Source: Nitrosopumilaceae archaeon
GTDB lineage: Archaea; Thermoproteota; Nitrososphaeria; Nitrososphaerales; Nitrosopumilaceae
DNA: 64,000 nucleotides
Assembly (NCBI GenBank): GCA_965209085.1
Contig: OZ242376.1
Coordinates: 608,001-672,000 of the forward strand
Direction of reading: 5' to 3'
A model generated the notes under the pieces. The model saw only the letters and a program-made list of their open reading frames with translations. It made no database searches and had not been told where the DNA came from. Position numbers and translations under genes: made by a program. Below, in pieces: positions 36,001 through 37,974 of this stretch. Position 1 is the stretch's first letter. Every line of letters starts with the position of its first letter.

Positions 36001-37614
36001 GCAGAAACCACCATACCTGGAACGTACGTACTGCAATACGAGGCACCAAATGATATGGCAGGAAACGTGGGCTTGAAAATAAACAGAACCATTCATGTGA
36101 TAAACCATACTGATACTGAATCTCTCACTCTTGACACCGCCTCTACTGACTCAAACTCATCAGTATCCATATTCCCTACTGAGAAAGCTCAGATAGACGT
36201 TGATGATTCAGGACGCAACTATACAATTATCGTATACTCACCTAGTGTATTGCTAAATCTGACCGCGGCTGCAACGTTTGATCTGATCGAGAATACAACT
36301 GGCCAAAACAATACCATCACCGTGAAAACAAACACGCACCCACTTGTAGTAATAGTCAATCCGTCAATAACAGTATACGTCCAAAGTAATACCAACATAT
36401 CCTCACTGGAAAATTCCAATGCCAGCGACAGCTTTGTCTTTGTTCACGTAAGCAATGACCATGTATATCTAGGCTCCAATGATGCCTCTTTTGAATTTGA
36501 AAACAATGCCCTAAGAATTGTCTTTACGGATCTGCCTCATAATTGGATACCAATGTACAAAAATCACACACGCGAGTCATTCAGCAATATTGTAGAATAT
36601 AAAAACTCAGCCATTGCAATAAACAACGCATCACAAGCGCTTGAAATCCTGAATAATGATTCATCATATTATGGTTCAATGTATGTGCGCGACGGCTCTA
36701 CGGTCACAATATGGACTGCACACGCATCAAATTGGACAGGTACTACCCCCGTAATTATAGAGCCGACACCTGCCCCCGTCATTACAGAGCCGACACCTGC
36801 CCCCATCATTAGAGCCGGCGGCGGTAACAGCAGAAGCGGTGGAAGCGGTGGTGGTGGCGGTGGTGGCGGCGGCACCATTACCAGCGAAACCCCGTATACG
36901 CTGATACCAACTGGAAGGATTACCATACAGGCAGAATCTGATGCATACAGTCCTGGAGGAATAGTAAAGGTTGCCGGCATACTGATAGATTCACTCACAC
37001 CATTCCCGATTACATTAAAGGTGACAAATGCTCTTGGAAATCTCATAAACATAGGCCAGATAATGCCAAATAATGATTCCACATGGTCATACCAGTTCAA
37101 ACTCTCTCCAAAGGCAAAGGATGACACATACTTTGTAAGCGTACTGTATGCAAAGGCAGTAGCTCAGATCAACTTTACCGTAGACTCTAAACTCCACGCA
37201 TACCCTACTCTGAAAACAGTTGAAATCACAGACTATGATATTACAGGAGGTACAGTACTTGGAATATATACAAATTATGAGACAGGCTCTGTATTGGTAA
37301 AAATAAACGCAACCGAGGATGGCATACTTGGAATCTCTTTGCTTCGAGCTGTCATAAACTCGACTGGCAATAATACACTTGACAAGGAATTCTTCGTTAC
37401 AGTTGATGATGAAATCAACTCTTTTGAAGAAGTTGAGAGTACCTCTGAATACAGGAGATTAAACATAGAGTTTTCAGCTGGTGCACAGTCGATAGAAATA
37501 ATCGGTACAAGCGTGATACCTGAATTTGGAACCGTGGCACTGGCAATCTTGGCAGTTGCCCTGATATCCGTTACTGCCATTACATCAAGACTGGTACGCA
37601 ATCCGATAGAATAA
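1..37614 (+). CDS. Giant cell-surface protein/adhesin, 5'-partial (>12,500 aa): DUF5011/HYR-like and other Ig-like repeats, four LVIVD beta-propellers, C-terminal PEFG-CTERM anchor
   Basis: Frame 1 is open from base 1 (FAIQVSNADG...), so the track start at 139 is an internal TTG (Leu). Motifs: APSITLNG..Y.D..ATASD..YTLTYTA.D.AGN..RTVTV (DUF5011-like), FNITAFDLAGN (Ig-like), DGVQIIDITDPYNP (LVIVD). Ends IPEFGTVALAILAVALISVTAITSRLVRNPIE (PEFG, TM helix, basic tail). Confidence 0.93.
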   Translation, partial: FAIQVSNADGATLSVTESIISQSNNIFIDTIAPEISLIGNSSFTVILNSTDPFIPGAIITDGDPNYPNTFTITINGTLDTSVINSTVTYTYTAAADGAGNAGSSVTRTVTVVEAEPITINSLTIASSSGTNYANANKTITVTLATDGSDLGNFTGTLLGRSFTNTTNGGSAEFTATVVSGDDGDATFSITVTNSSGSQISITNANITDGSYVTIDTIKPVIALTGGNDSVLQGETYQDPGTIVSDSNNASYAGPVSASSIDTSTLGAKTITYTGTADAAGNEPNQITRTVTVLAKPLGLNSLTIESNNNVNTSFAKDGDVITVTLVANGTIGNATGVIAGNSATYTVTGNNASDTVTVDGTFTDTASVTFSITVYNEDNSTFRTFTNTNLTGSNIAIDTTAPSITLNGANNTIVIMNQPYEDPNATASDTSYATGSVQVSGAGNVNTALVGNYTLTYTAPDDYAGNTGPVITRTVTVQDAPPINVNSLSIASNSGNNYANAGKTVTVTLVTDGTNLNSLTGVLLDRSFTNTTTGGSATFAGTVQSGDDGNATFSITVTNSSGSQISITNANITDGSYVTIDTIKPVIALTGGNDSVLQGETYQDPGTTVSDINNASYAGPVSATSINTTILGPQNITYTGTADAAGNEPNQITRIVTVFAKPLGINSLTIESNNNVNTSFTKDGDVITVTLVANGTIGNATGVIAGVIASNSVTYAVTNNTVLATVTVDGTFADTASVTFSITAFNEDNSTFRTFTNANLTGSNIAIDTTAPSITLNGANNTFVVTNSSYTDLGATATDISYATGSVQVSGVGTVNIATSGNYILTYTAPDDPAGNPGNTISRTVIVSDAAPLVLVTKFIHSPSGTLTRGTDFPTNIPPTTINLFETSGKTYALLAEGSGGAWIIADVTNPASPSVVFNNASFTPTYKTSIFTIDNTQYAIAAGGIGITSILDISSPASPSVITTLVNGTDYPRLYNAQSVTTVTIGASTFALFASGNPTNGVQIIDVTNPHSPSHVSYLTDDTDGYLELGGAFDITTVIIGASVYALVASNNDDGVQIIDITDPYNPSNTSSVTDGMDGYDKLDGAYGITTVTVGSSVYALVASFNDDSIQIINITDPYNPSNASSVTDGIDGYDELDGPYRITTVTVGSSVYALTVSIIDDGVQIIDITDPYNPQPAYSPTDNTGGYVNLDNPRDVITTTINGTTYAFIASNNDGLQIIKLESAPLTISSSNTNPTYAKTGDTLTVQFTVNDTISSNSSQILGLTPTVSISGADFSAAITVPSVQTESYATFAIQVSNTNGATLSVTESGISQSSNIFIDTIAPEISLIGNSSFTVILNSTDPFIPGAIITDGDPNYPDTFTITINGTLDTGVINSTVTYTYTAATDGAGNAGSSVTRTVTVVEAEPITINSLTIASSSGTNYANAGKTITVTLATDGSDLGNFTGTLLGRSFTNTTNGGSAEFTATVVSGDDGDAAFSITVTNSSGNQISITNANITDSSSVTIDTIKPVIVLTGGVGSVFQGETYQDPGTTVSDGNNTSYAGSVSASSINTSTLGVKIITYTGTADAAGNEPDQITRIVTVLAKPLGINSLTIESNNNVNTSFAKDGDVITVTLVANGTIDYAIGTIASNSATYTVTGNNASVMVTVDGTFTDTASVTFSITVYNEDNSTFRVFTNTDLTGSNIAIDTTAPSITLNGANNTIVNMNQPYEDPNATASDASYATGSVQVSGAGNVDTTTNAIYTLTYTAPDDPAGNIGPVITRTVTVHDAPPINVNSLSIASNSGNNYANESKTVTVTLVTDGTNLNSLTGVLLGRSFTNTTTGGSATFTGTVQSGDDGNATFSITATNSSGSQISITNADITDGSYVTIDTIKPVINLTGGNDFVLQGETYQDPGTTVSDDGNASYAGPVSASSIDTSTLGAKTITYTGTADAAGNEPNQITRIVTVLAKPLGINSLTIESNNNVNTSFAKDGDVITVTLAVNGTIGNVTGVIAGNSATYNVTGNNASATVTVDGAFTDTVSVTFSITAYNEDNSTFRTFTNTDLTGSNIAIDTTAPSITLNGANNTLVFTNSTYVDKNATASDASYATGSVQVSGAGTVNTATAGNYTLTYTAPVDPAGNIGPVITRTVTVQNAPPINVNSLSIASNSGNNYANAGKTVTVTLVTDGTNLNSLTGVLLGRSFTNTTTGGSATFTGTVQSGDDGNATFSITATNSSGNKITLTNSDITDSSSIIIDTIKPVINLTGGNDSVLQGETYPDPGTTVSDDGNASYAGPVSASSIDTSTLGAKTITYTGTADAAGNEPDQITRIVTVFAKPLGINSLTIESNNNVNTSFAKDGDVITVTLVANGTIGNATGVIAGNSATYTVTGNNASATVTVDGTFTDTASVTFSITVYNEDNSTFRTFTNTNLTGSNIAIDTTAPSITLNGANNTIVIMNQPYEDPNATASDTSYATGSVQVSGAGNVNTALVGNYTLTYTAPDDYAGNTGPVITRTVTVQDAPPINVNSLSIASNSGNNYANAGKTVTVTLVTDGTNLNSLTGVLLDRSFTNTTTGGSATFAGTVQSGDDGNATFSITVTNSSGSQISITNANITDGSYVTIDTIKPVIALTGGNDSVLQGETYQDPGTTVSDINNASYAGPVSATSINTTILGPQNITYTGTADAAGNEPNQITRIVTVFAKPLGINSLTIESNNNVNTSFTKDGDVITVTLVANGTIGNATGVIASNSVTYAVTNNTVLATVTVDGTFADTASVTFSITAFNEDNSTFRTFTNANLTGSNIAIDTTAPSITLNGANNTFVVTNSSYTDLGATATDISYATGSVQVSGVGTVNIATSGNYILTYTAPDDPAGNPGNTISRTVIVSDAAPLVLVTKFIHSPSGTLTRGTDFPTNIPPTTINLFETSGKTYALLAEGSGGAWIIADVTNPASPSVVFNNASFTPTYKTSIFTIDNTQYAIAAGGIGITSILDISSPASPSVITTLVNGTDYPRLYNAQSVTTVTIGASTFALFASGNPTNGVQIIDVTNPHSPSHVSYLTDDTDGYLELGGAFDITTVIIGASVYALVASNNDDGVQIIDITDPYNPSNTSSVTDGMDGYDKLDGAYGITTVTVGSSVYALVASFNDDSIQIINITDPYNPSNASSVTDGIDGYDELDGPYRITTVTVGSSVYALTVSIIDDGVQIIDITDPYNPQPAYSPTDNTGGYVNLDNPRDVITTTINGTTYAFIASNNDGLQIIKLESAPLTISSSNTNPTYAKTGDTLTVQFTVNDTISSNSSQILGLTPTVSISGADFSAAITVPSVQTESYATFAIQVSNTNGATLSVTESGISQSSNIFIDTIAPEISLIGNSSFTVILNSTDPFIPGAIITDGDPNYPDTFTITINGTLDTGVINSTVTYTYTAATDGAGNAGSSVTRTVTVVEAEPITINSLTIASSSGTNYANAGKTITVTLATDGSDLGNFTGTLLGRSFTNTTNGGSAEFTATVVSGDDGDAAFSITVTNSSGNQISITNANITDSSSVTIDTIKPVIVLTGGVGSVFQGETYQDPGTTVSDGNNTSYAGSVSASSINTSTLGVKIITYTGTADAAGNEPDQITRIVTVLAKPLGINSLTIESNNNVNTSFAKDGDVITVTLVANGTIDYAIGTIASNSATYTVTGNNASVMVTVDGTFTDTASVTFSITVYNEDNSTFRVFTNTDLTGSNIAIDTTAPSITLNGANNTIVNMNQPYEDPNATASDASYATGSVQVSGAGNVDTTTNAIYTLTYTAPDDPAGNIGPVITRTVTVHDAPPINVNSLSIASNSGNNYANESKTVTVTLVTDGTNLNSLTGVLLGRSFTNTTTGGSATFTGTVQSGDDGNATFSITATNSSGSQISITNADITDGSYVTIDTIKPVINLTGGNDFVLQGETYQDPGTTVSDDGNASYAGPVSASSIDTSTLGAKTITYTGTADAAGNEPNQITRIVTVLAKPLGINSLIIESNNSVNTSFAKDGDVITVTLAVNGTIGNVTGVIAGNSATYNVTGNNASATVTVDGAFTDTVSVTFSITAYNEDNSTFRTFTNTDLTGSNIAIDTTAPSITLNGANNTLVFTNSTYVDKNATASDASYATGSVQVSGAGTVNTATAGNYTLTYTAPVDPAGNIGPVITRTVTVQNAPPINVNSLSIASNSGNNYANAGKTVTVTLVTDGTNLNSLTGVLLGRSFTNTTTGGSATFTGTVQSGDDGNATFSITATNSSGNKITLTNSDITDSSSIIIDTIKPVINLTGGNDSVLQGETYQDPGTTVSDDGNASYAGPVSASSIDTSTLGTKTITYTGTADAAGNEPNQITRIVTVFAKPLGINSLTIESNNNVNTSFAKDGDVITVTLVANGTIGNVTGVIVGNSATYTVTGNNASATVTVDGTFADTASVTFSINASNADNLAYKIFTDTNLTGSNIAIDTTAPSITLNGANNTIVFTNSTYVDKNATASDTSYATGSVQVSGVGNVNIATSGNYILTYTAPDDPAGNPGNTISRTVIVSDVAPLMLETKFIHSPSGTLTRDTDFAFNIITRSINLFETSDKTYALLTRGSTGAWIIADVTNPALPSIVFSNISFASAYKTSIITIDNTTYAIAAGGKDSTRIIDISSPASPSVIATLVNGTDYPRLYNAQSVTTVTIGASTFALFASDHPSNGVQIINVTNPHNPLPVSHITDNVDGYSKLAGAHDITTVTIGTSVYALAVGFSDSSVQIINITDPYNPSNASSVTDGNEGYDTLYGPISITTVTVGSSVYALVASLYDDGVQIINITDPYNPSNASSVTDGNEGYDTLDAPYSITTVTVGSSVYALVASLYDDGVQIINITDPYNPKPASSIVDNTGGYTNLENPRAVITATINGTTYAFIASNAEGLQIIKLESPPPVNITSNNTNPAYAKTGDTLTVQFTINDTISSHTSQILGLTPNVALDGANYSATLTVPSVQTESYATFAIQVSNADGATLSVTESIISQSNNIFIDTIAPEISLIGNSSFTVILNSTDPFIPGAIITDGDPNYPNTFTITINGTLDTSVINSTVTYTYTAAADGAGNAGSSVTRTVTVVEAEPITINSLTIASSSGTNYANANKTITVTLATDGSDLGNFTGTLLGRSFTNTTNGGSAEFTATVVSGDDGDATFSITVTNSSGSQISITNANITDGSYVTIDTIKPVIALTGGNDSVLQGETYQDPGTIVSDSNNASYAGPVSASSIDTSTLGAKTITYTGTADAAGNEPNQITRTVTVLAKPLGLNSLTIESNNNVNTSFAKDGDVITVTLVANGTIGNATGVIAGNSATYTVTGNNASDTVTVDGTFTDTASVTFSITVYNEDNSTFRTFTNTNLTGSNIAIDTTAPSITLNGANNTIVIMNQPYEDPNATASDTSYATGSVQVSGAGNVNTALVGNYTLTYTAPDDYAGNTGPVITRTVTVQDAPPINVNSLSIASNSGNNYANAGKTVTVTLVTDGTNLNSLTGVLLDRSFTNTTTGGSATFAGTVQSGDDGNATFSITVTNSSGSQISITNANITDGSYVTIDTIKPVIALTGGNDSVLQGETYQDPGTTVSDINNASYAGPVSATSINTTILGPQNITYTGTADAAGNEPNQITRIVTVFAKPLGINSLTIESNNNVNTSFTKDGDVITVTLVANGTIGNATGVIAGVIASNSVTYAVTNNTVLATVTVDGTFADTASVTFSITAFNEDNSTFRTFTNANLTGSNIAIDTTAPSITLNGANNTFVVTNSSYTDLGATATDISYATGSVQVSGVGTVNIATSGNYILTYTAPDDPAGNPGNTISRTVIVSDAAPLVLVTKFIHSPSGTLTRGTDFPTNIPPTTINLFETSGKTYALLAEGSGGAWIIADVTNPASPSVVFNNASFTPTYKTSIFTIDNTQYAIAAGGIGITSILDISSPASPSVITTLVNGTDYPRLYNAQSVTTVTIGASTFALFASGNPTNGVQIIDVTNPHSPSHVSYLTDDTDGYLELGGAFDITTVIIGASVYALVASNNDDGAQIIDITDPYNPSNTSSVTDGMDGYDKLDGAYGITTVTVGSSVYALVASFNDDSIQIINITDPYNPSNASSVTDGIDGYDELDGPYRITTVTVGSSVYALTVSIIDDGVQIIDITDPYNPQPAYSPTDNTGGYVNLDNPRDVITTTINGTTYAFIASNNDGLQIIKLESAPLTISSSNTNPTYAKTGDTLTVQFTVNDTISSNSSQILGLTPTVSISGADFSAAITVPSVQTESYATFAIQVSNTNGATLSVTESGISQSSNIFIDTIAPEISLIGNSSFTVILNSTDPFIPGAIITDGDPNYPDTFTITINGTLDTGVINSTVTYTYTAATDGAGNAGSSVTRTVTVVEAEPITINSLTIASSSGTNYANAGKTITVTLATDGSDLGNFTGTLLGRSFTNTTNGGSAEFTATVVSGDDGDAAFSITVTNSSGNQISITNANITDSSSVTIDTIKPVIVLTGGVGSVFQGETYQDPGTTVSDGNNTSYAGSVSASSINTSTLGVKIITYTGTADAAGNEPDQITRIVTVLAKPLGINSLTIESNNNVNTSFAKDGDVITVTLVANGTIDYAIGTIASNSATYTVTGNNASVMVTVDGTFTDTASVTFSITVYNEDNSTFRVFTNTDLTGSNIAIDTTAPSITLNGANNTIVNMNQPYEDPNATASDASYATGSVQVSGAGNVDTTTNAIYTLTYTAPDDPAGNIGPVITRTVTVHDAPPINVNSLSIASNSGNNYANESKTVTVTLVTDGTNLNSLTGVLLGRSFTNTTTGGSATFTGTVQSGDDGNATFSITATNSSGSQISITNADITDGSYVTIDTIKPVINLTGGNDFVLQGETYQDPGTTVSDDGNASYAGPVSASSIDTSTLGAKTITYTGTADAAGNEPNQITRIVTVLAKPLGINSLTIESNNNVNTSFAKDGDVITVTLAVNGTIGNVTGVIAGNSATYNVTGNNASATVTVDGAFTDTVSVTFSITAYNEDNSTFRTFTNTDLTGSNIAIDTTAPSITLNGANNTLVFTNSTYVDKNATASDASYATGSVQVSGAGTVNTATAGNYTLTYTAPVDPAGNIGPVITRTVTVQNAPPININSLSIASNSGNNYANAGKTVTVTLVTDGTNLNSLTGVLLGRSFTNTTTGGSATFTGTVQSGDDGNATFSITATNSSGNKITLTNSDITDSSSIIIDTIKPVINLTGGNDSVLQGETYPDPGTTVSDDGNASYAGPASASSIDTSTLGTKTITYTGTADAAGNEPNQITRIVTVFAKPLGLNSLTIESNNNVNTSFAKDGDVITVTLVANGTIGNVTGVIASNSATYAVTDNTVLATVTVDGTFTDTASVTFSITAFNEDNFTFRTFTNTNLTGSNIAIDTTAPSITLNGANNTIVFTNSTYVDKNATASDASYATGSVQVSGAGNVNTAIVGNYTLTYTAPDDPAGNIGPVITRTVTVQDAPPIKINALTFTSSNQNTQYAKAGDALTLTLVINDTITSDTVQIQNGPLTTNSSSGSTLAASRVIPTSTIESNATFTITVTNANGVTLNITENDLPGSNIFVDTIPPSITLVGSADYTIAQNDNTALVPDANVSDGDPNYSDSYTLTKNATLDVTVLGSVYNYTYTANNDSAGNPGDSVNRIIRIVDETDPTLANLTIYSDNSVTSLATINDILTITITANEALKEANVTLLNATYIMTINGVIASANVTVTVEAPQGEVAFNITAFDLAGNNLTVDQTDSSVNVTIDRTDPVLATLTISSDNPTPTLATINDILTITITADEILKKADITILGETYTMSTNGTTIASADVTVNAQDLEGQVTFNITAFDLAENNLTATQTNSPTNVTIDRTNPQLMNLTIYSDNTVPSFATLNDNLTITITASEALKEANITVLGNTYTMNVIDTTASANVTVDTQSSEGNVTFDITAADLAGNTLNADQRNLTSSNVTIDRTAPGDADLRVSSNNADQTLAKAGDMINITLVATEPIMNAILQIFDNDNITMTVTNDTAFANVTVPQNASNGLIMFNITADDSSSNTFSVTQKNITSGVVRVDTIDPKLSTLSISSDNSNSTFATIDDIIAITITADEILKKADITILGETYTMSTNGTTIASADVTVNAQDPEGLVTFNITAFDLAENNLTATQTNSPTNVTIDRTNPELTNLIIYSNNSNPILATINDNLTITITADETLKNANITILNAIYTMAINGTMASANVTVTAQDPQGLVSFNITAFDLAENILTANHTNLNSTNVIIDSAAPGNVTLTVYSNNDNSSLAKIGDAINITINVAEPIMMATLQIFDDDNIVMTVTNDTASVNITVPQNASNGQIMFNITAEDNSGNTFSVTQTNITSGGVRIDTIDPELANLTIYSDNSNSTLATINDTLRITITANETLKGANVTVLDMTYNMTINGDTASANVTVTAQDPQGLVPFTITAFDLAENILTANHTNLNSTNVTIDRTNPVQMNLTIYSDNSNSTLATINDTLTITITASEALKEANVTVLGGTYVMTITGTVANASLTVNSTHPDGQVTFNITAFDLAGNSLTANQTNLNSSNVTIDSTNPQLTNLTIYSNNQNMSLAKAGDVINITLYASEQINNVTLSILNSTINMSITNDTATANYTVAQNDTNGPVSFNITAYDNTDNTLTVTQSDLTSENVITDTINPQLANLTIYSSNPDASLATTGNTLNITITANEALQGANVTVLNTTYVMTINGTAANASLTVNANDTDGQVTFNITAFDLAGNNLTANQTQLNSSNVTIDKSTPGVSNLTVYSSNQNASLAKAGDVINITLRASEQINNVTLSILNSTIAMSITNDTATANYTVEQNDTNGPVSFSITAYDNTGNEFIVTQSSITTGSVTIDTADPQLQTLTIYSNNPITDHAKTGHLLNITITANEALRGANVTVLNATYVMTINGTTANASLTVNANDTDGQVTFNITAFDLAGNSLVTNQTQLNSSNVTIDNTNPELTNLTIYSSNPDASLATTGDTLNITITANEALQGANVTVLNATYVMTINGTTASVNVTVDAQSLEGPVDFNITIIDLVGNNMTVNETNLNSSNVTIDRTNPQLMNLTIYSDNPVPSFATLNDNLTITITANEALKAADIAVLGTTYTMNISGTTATATVTVTALSSEGNVTFDITAADLAGNTLSANQINLTSSNVTIDHTAPSGVNLIVHSDNADPTLAKAGDVINITLMAAEPIMNATLQIFDNDNITMTVTNDTASVNITVPQNAANGQIMFNITAEDISGNTFSVTQTNITSGGVQIDTIDPKLTNLSISSDNSNSTIATINDTLTITITADETLKGANVTVLGTTYTMNINNDTASANVTVNSTNPEGNVTFNITAFDLAGNTLSANQINLTSSNVTIDRTNPQLMNLTIYSDNPVPSFATLNDNLTITITANEALKAADIAVLGTTYTMNISGTTATATVTVTALSSEGNVTFDITAADLAGNTLSANQINLTSSNVTIDHTAPSGVNLIVHSDNADPTLAKAGDVINITLMAAEPIMNATLQIFDNDNITMTVTNDTASANIPVPQNAANGQIMFNITAEDISGNTFSVTQTNITSGGVQIDTIDPKLTNLSISSDNPNSTLATINDTLTITITANETLKAANITILGETYTMNVTGTTASADVTVNAINPEGNVTFNITAFDLAGNTLSANQINLTSSNVTIDRTDPQLMNLTIYSDNPVPSFATLNDNLTITITASEALKEANITVLGNTYTMNVIGTTASANVTVDTQSSEGNVTFDITAADLAGNTLSVNQRNLTSSNVTIDRTAPGDADLIVRSNNADPALAKAGDMINITLVATEPIMSAILQIFDDDNVTMSVTNDTAFANVTVPQNALNGKIMFNITAEDNSGNTFSVTQTNITSGGARIDTIDPKLSTLSISSDNSNSTFATIDDIITITITADEELKGANVTVLGTTHIMNINVTTASATVTVEAGNTEGLVTFTITAFDLAENILTANHTNLNSTNVTIDRTNPVQMNLTIYSDNSNSTLATINDTLTITITASEALKEANVTVLGGTYVMTITGTVANASLTVNSTHPDGQVTFNITAFDLAGNSLTANQTNLNSSNVTIDSTNPQLTNLTIYSSNQNMSLAKAGDVINITLYASEQINNVTLSILNSTINMSITNDTATANYTVAQNDTNGPVSFNITAYDNTDNTLTVTQSDLTSENVITDTINPQLANLTIYSSNPDASLATTGNTLNITITANEALQGANVTVLNATYVMTINGTTANASLTVNANNTDGQVTFNITAFDLAGNSLVTNQTQLNSSNVTIDKSIPGVSNLTVYSSNQNASFAKAGDVINITLRASEQINNVTLSILNSTIAMSITNDTATANYTVEQNDTNGPVSFNITAYDNTGNKFIVTQSSIITGSVTIDTADPQLQTLTIYSSNSDASLATTGDTLNITITANEALQGANVTVLNDTYVMTINGTTANASLTVNPAHPDGQVTFNITAFDLAGNSLTANQTNLNSSNVTIDDTNPELTNLTIYSSNSDASLATTGDTLNITITANEALQGANVTVLNATYVMTINGTTANASLIVNDTHPEGIVTFNITAFDLAGNILSANHTNLNSSNVTIDRTNPQLMNLTIYSDNPVPSFATLNDNLTITITANEALKAADIAVLGTTYTMNISGTTATATVTVTALSSEGNVTFDITAADLAENTLSANHTNLNSSNVTIDRTNPQLMNLTIYSDNHVPSFATLNDNLTITITANEALKAADIAVLGTTYTMNISGTTATATVTVTALSSEGNVTFDITAADLAGNTLSANQINLTSSNVTIDRTAPSGVNLIVHSDNADPTLTKAGDVINITLMAAEPIMNATLQIFDNDNITMTVTNDTASANIPVPQNASNGQIMFNITAEDISGNTFSVTQANITSGEVRVDTIDPKLTNLSISSDNSNSTIATINDTLTITITADEALKGANVTVLGTTYTMNINNDTASANVTVNSTNPEGNVTFNITAFDLAGNILSANHTNLNSSNVTIDRTNPQLMNLTIYSDNHVPSFATLNDNLTITITANEALKAADIAVLGTTYTMNISGTTATATVTVTALSSEGNVTFDITAADLAGNTLSANHTNLNSSNVTIDRTAPSGVNLIVHSDNADPTLAKAGDVINITLMAAEPIMNATLQIFDNDNITMTVTNDTASANIPVPQNASNGQIMFNITAEDISGNTFSVTQANITSGEVRVDTIDPKLTNLSISSDNSNSTIATINDTLTITITADEALKGANVTVLGELYTMAISGTTATATVTVTALSSEGNVTFDITAADLAENTLSANQINLTSSNVTIDRTDPKLTDLTVSSNNRNSAFATINDTLTITITANEALKNASFTSLNITDIMIINGFTASVNVTVTVEAPQGIVNFTITAFDLAGNNLRVNQTNSSKNITIDSDIPTVGILILNSSNANALLAKAGDMINITLSVSEEINNATLSILNRGLINMIVDNITATANIIVKSNDKNGPVEFTITVYDIAGNTFSVTQDSNSSLNFVIDTADPSLTNLAISSSNSNPALATIGDTLTLTITADEALKKANVTVLGTTYTMNINNDTASANVTVNSTNPEGNVTFNITAFDLAGNILSANHTNLNSSNVIIDYTDPVLTNLIISSSNPTSTLATINDILTITITADETLKKANVTILGTTHIMRINGNTASADVTVNGQDPEGQVTFNLTAFDLAENTMTEDHTNLNSANVTIDYTIPAVVHLSVNSSNPDPSLAKADDILNLTLRASEQINNATVQIMGNLINMSVNNDTATANVTVLQNGTNGNATFTITTYDNAGNELVITQASLTFRNVVIDTANPQLEDLRIYSNNNRTDYAQTGQMLNITITVDETLQSANITILNSTYTMTVNGAVANATLIIGENPQEGLVSFNITTFDLAGNNMSANHTNLESSNVIIDNIQPTISLIGAETVLVSLGILYADEGASTADVDPEYGNTIIYTIFRNMTAETTIPGTYVLQYEAPNDMAGNVGLKINRTIHVINHTDTESLTLDTASTDSNSSVSIFPTEKAQIDVDDSGRNYTIIVYSPSVLLNLTAAATFDLIENTTGQNNTITVKTNTHPLVVIVNPSITVYVQSNTNISSLENSNASDSFVFVHVSNDHVYLGSNDASFEFENNALRIVFTDLPHNWIPMYKNHTRESFSNIVEYKNSAIAINNASQALEILNNDSSYYGSMYVRDGSTVTIWTAHASNWTGTTPVIIEPTPAPVITEPTPAPIIRAGGGNSRSGGSGGGGGGGGGTITSETPYTLIPTGRITIQAESDAYSPGGIVKVAGILIDSLTPFPITLKVTNALGNLINIGQIMPNNDSTWSYQFKLSPKAKDDTYFVSVLYAKAVAQINFTVDSKLHAYPTLKTVEITDYDITGGTVLGIYTNYETGSVLVKINATEDGILGISLLRAVINSTGNNTLDKEFFVTVDDEINSFEEVESTSEYRRLNIEFSAGAQSIEIIGTSVIPEFGTVALAILAVALISVTAITSRLVRNPIE
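2569..3672 (+). other. LVIVD-repeat 7-bladed beta-propeller, variant A copy 1 (domain of giant CDS)
   Basis: Seven blade-end motifs: WIIADVTNP, ILDISSP, VQIIDVTNP, VQIIDITDP, IQIINITDP, VQIIDITDP, LQIIKLE. Confidence 0.8.
8632..9735 (+). other. LVIVD beta-propeller, variant A copy 2
   Basis: Same sequence as 2569-3672 at +6063. Confidence 0.8.
13597..14700 (+). other. LVIVD beta-propeller, variant B
   Basis: Same length (1104 bp) and framework as variant A, with clustered loop substitutions. Confidence 0.8.
17479..18582 (+). other. LVIVD beta-propeller, variant A copy 3
   Basis: Copy of 2569-3672 at +14910, with V>A at 18080. Confidence 0.8.
22980..35860 (+). repeat. Array of about 40 ~100-aa Ig-like repeats (~300-312 bp) with higher-order duplications
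   Basis: Recurrent NLTIYS.N...LA...D.L.ITITA.E.L..ANVT..FNITAFDLAGN; offsets of 921 bp (27609/28530, 32514/33435) and 4599 bp (25923/30522). Confidence 0.9.
36751..36873 (+). repeat. Pro/Thr 27-bp tandem duplication followed by a poly-Gly linker
   Basis: VIIEPTPAP VITEPTPAP, then GGGNSRSGGSGGGGGGGGG. Confidence 0.85.
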
Positions 37615-37974
37615 TGCATATAACCTTTGATTGGGCATTTTAGAATGCGTGCATACTATAAGGGTAGAATTCATCCACTATCATACGCATCTGAGAATTA
37701 TAATCCGCACAGGGTATACGTTGCAATAGAGTATGCCACGCTATCCGAATTTGGCACCGCATGTAAGGTGATGATAAAATGAGCCCCTCTTATCCTATCA
37801 TTTTTAATGCAAAAAACGTTCTCATTGTACAAAAGTCGCACCACTGAATTATTAATTTTGGGCTTTACGAATAATTGAGAAATGGATGATTTATGTATTA
37901 AATTTGCTTTTTTGGTTAATTGTGCATAAACTCTACCGTACAAAAAAAACCAAGTTTTTCAAAAAAACACCAAA

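Noticed and set aside
195-37619. Dozens of minus-strand ORFs within the giant gene
   Set aside because: They are antisense shadows of the biased Thr/Asn/Ala codons and recur with the repeat periods; no recognisable domains.
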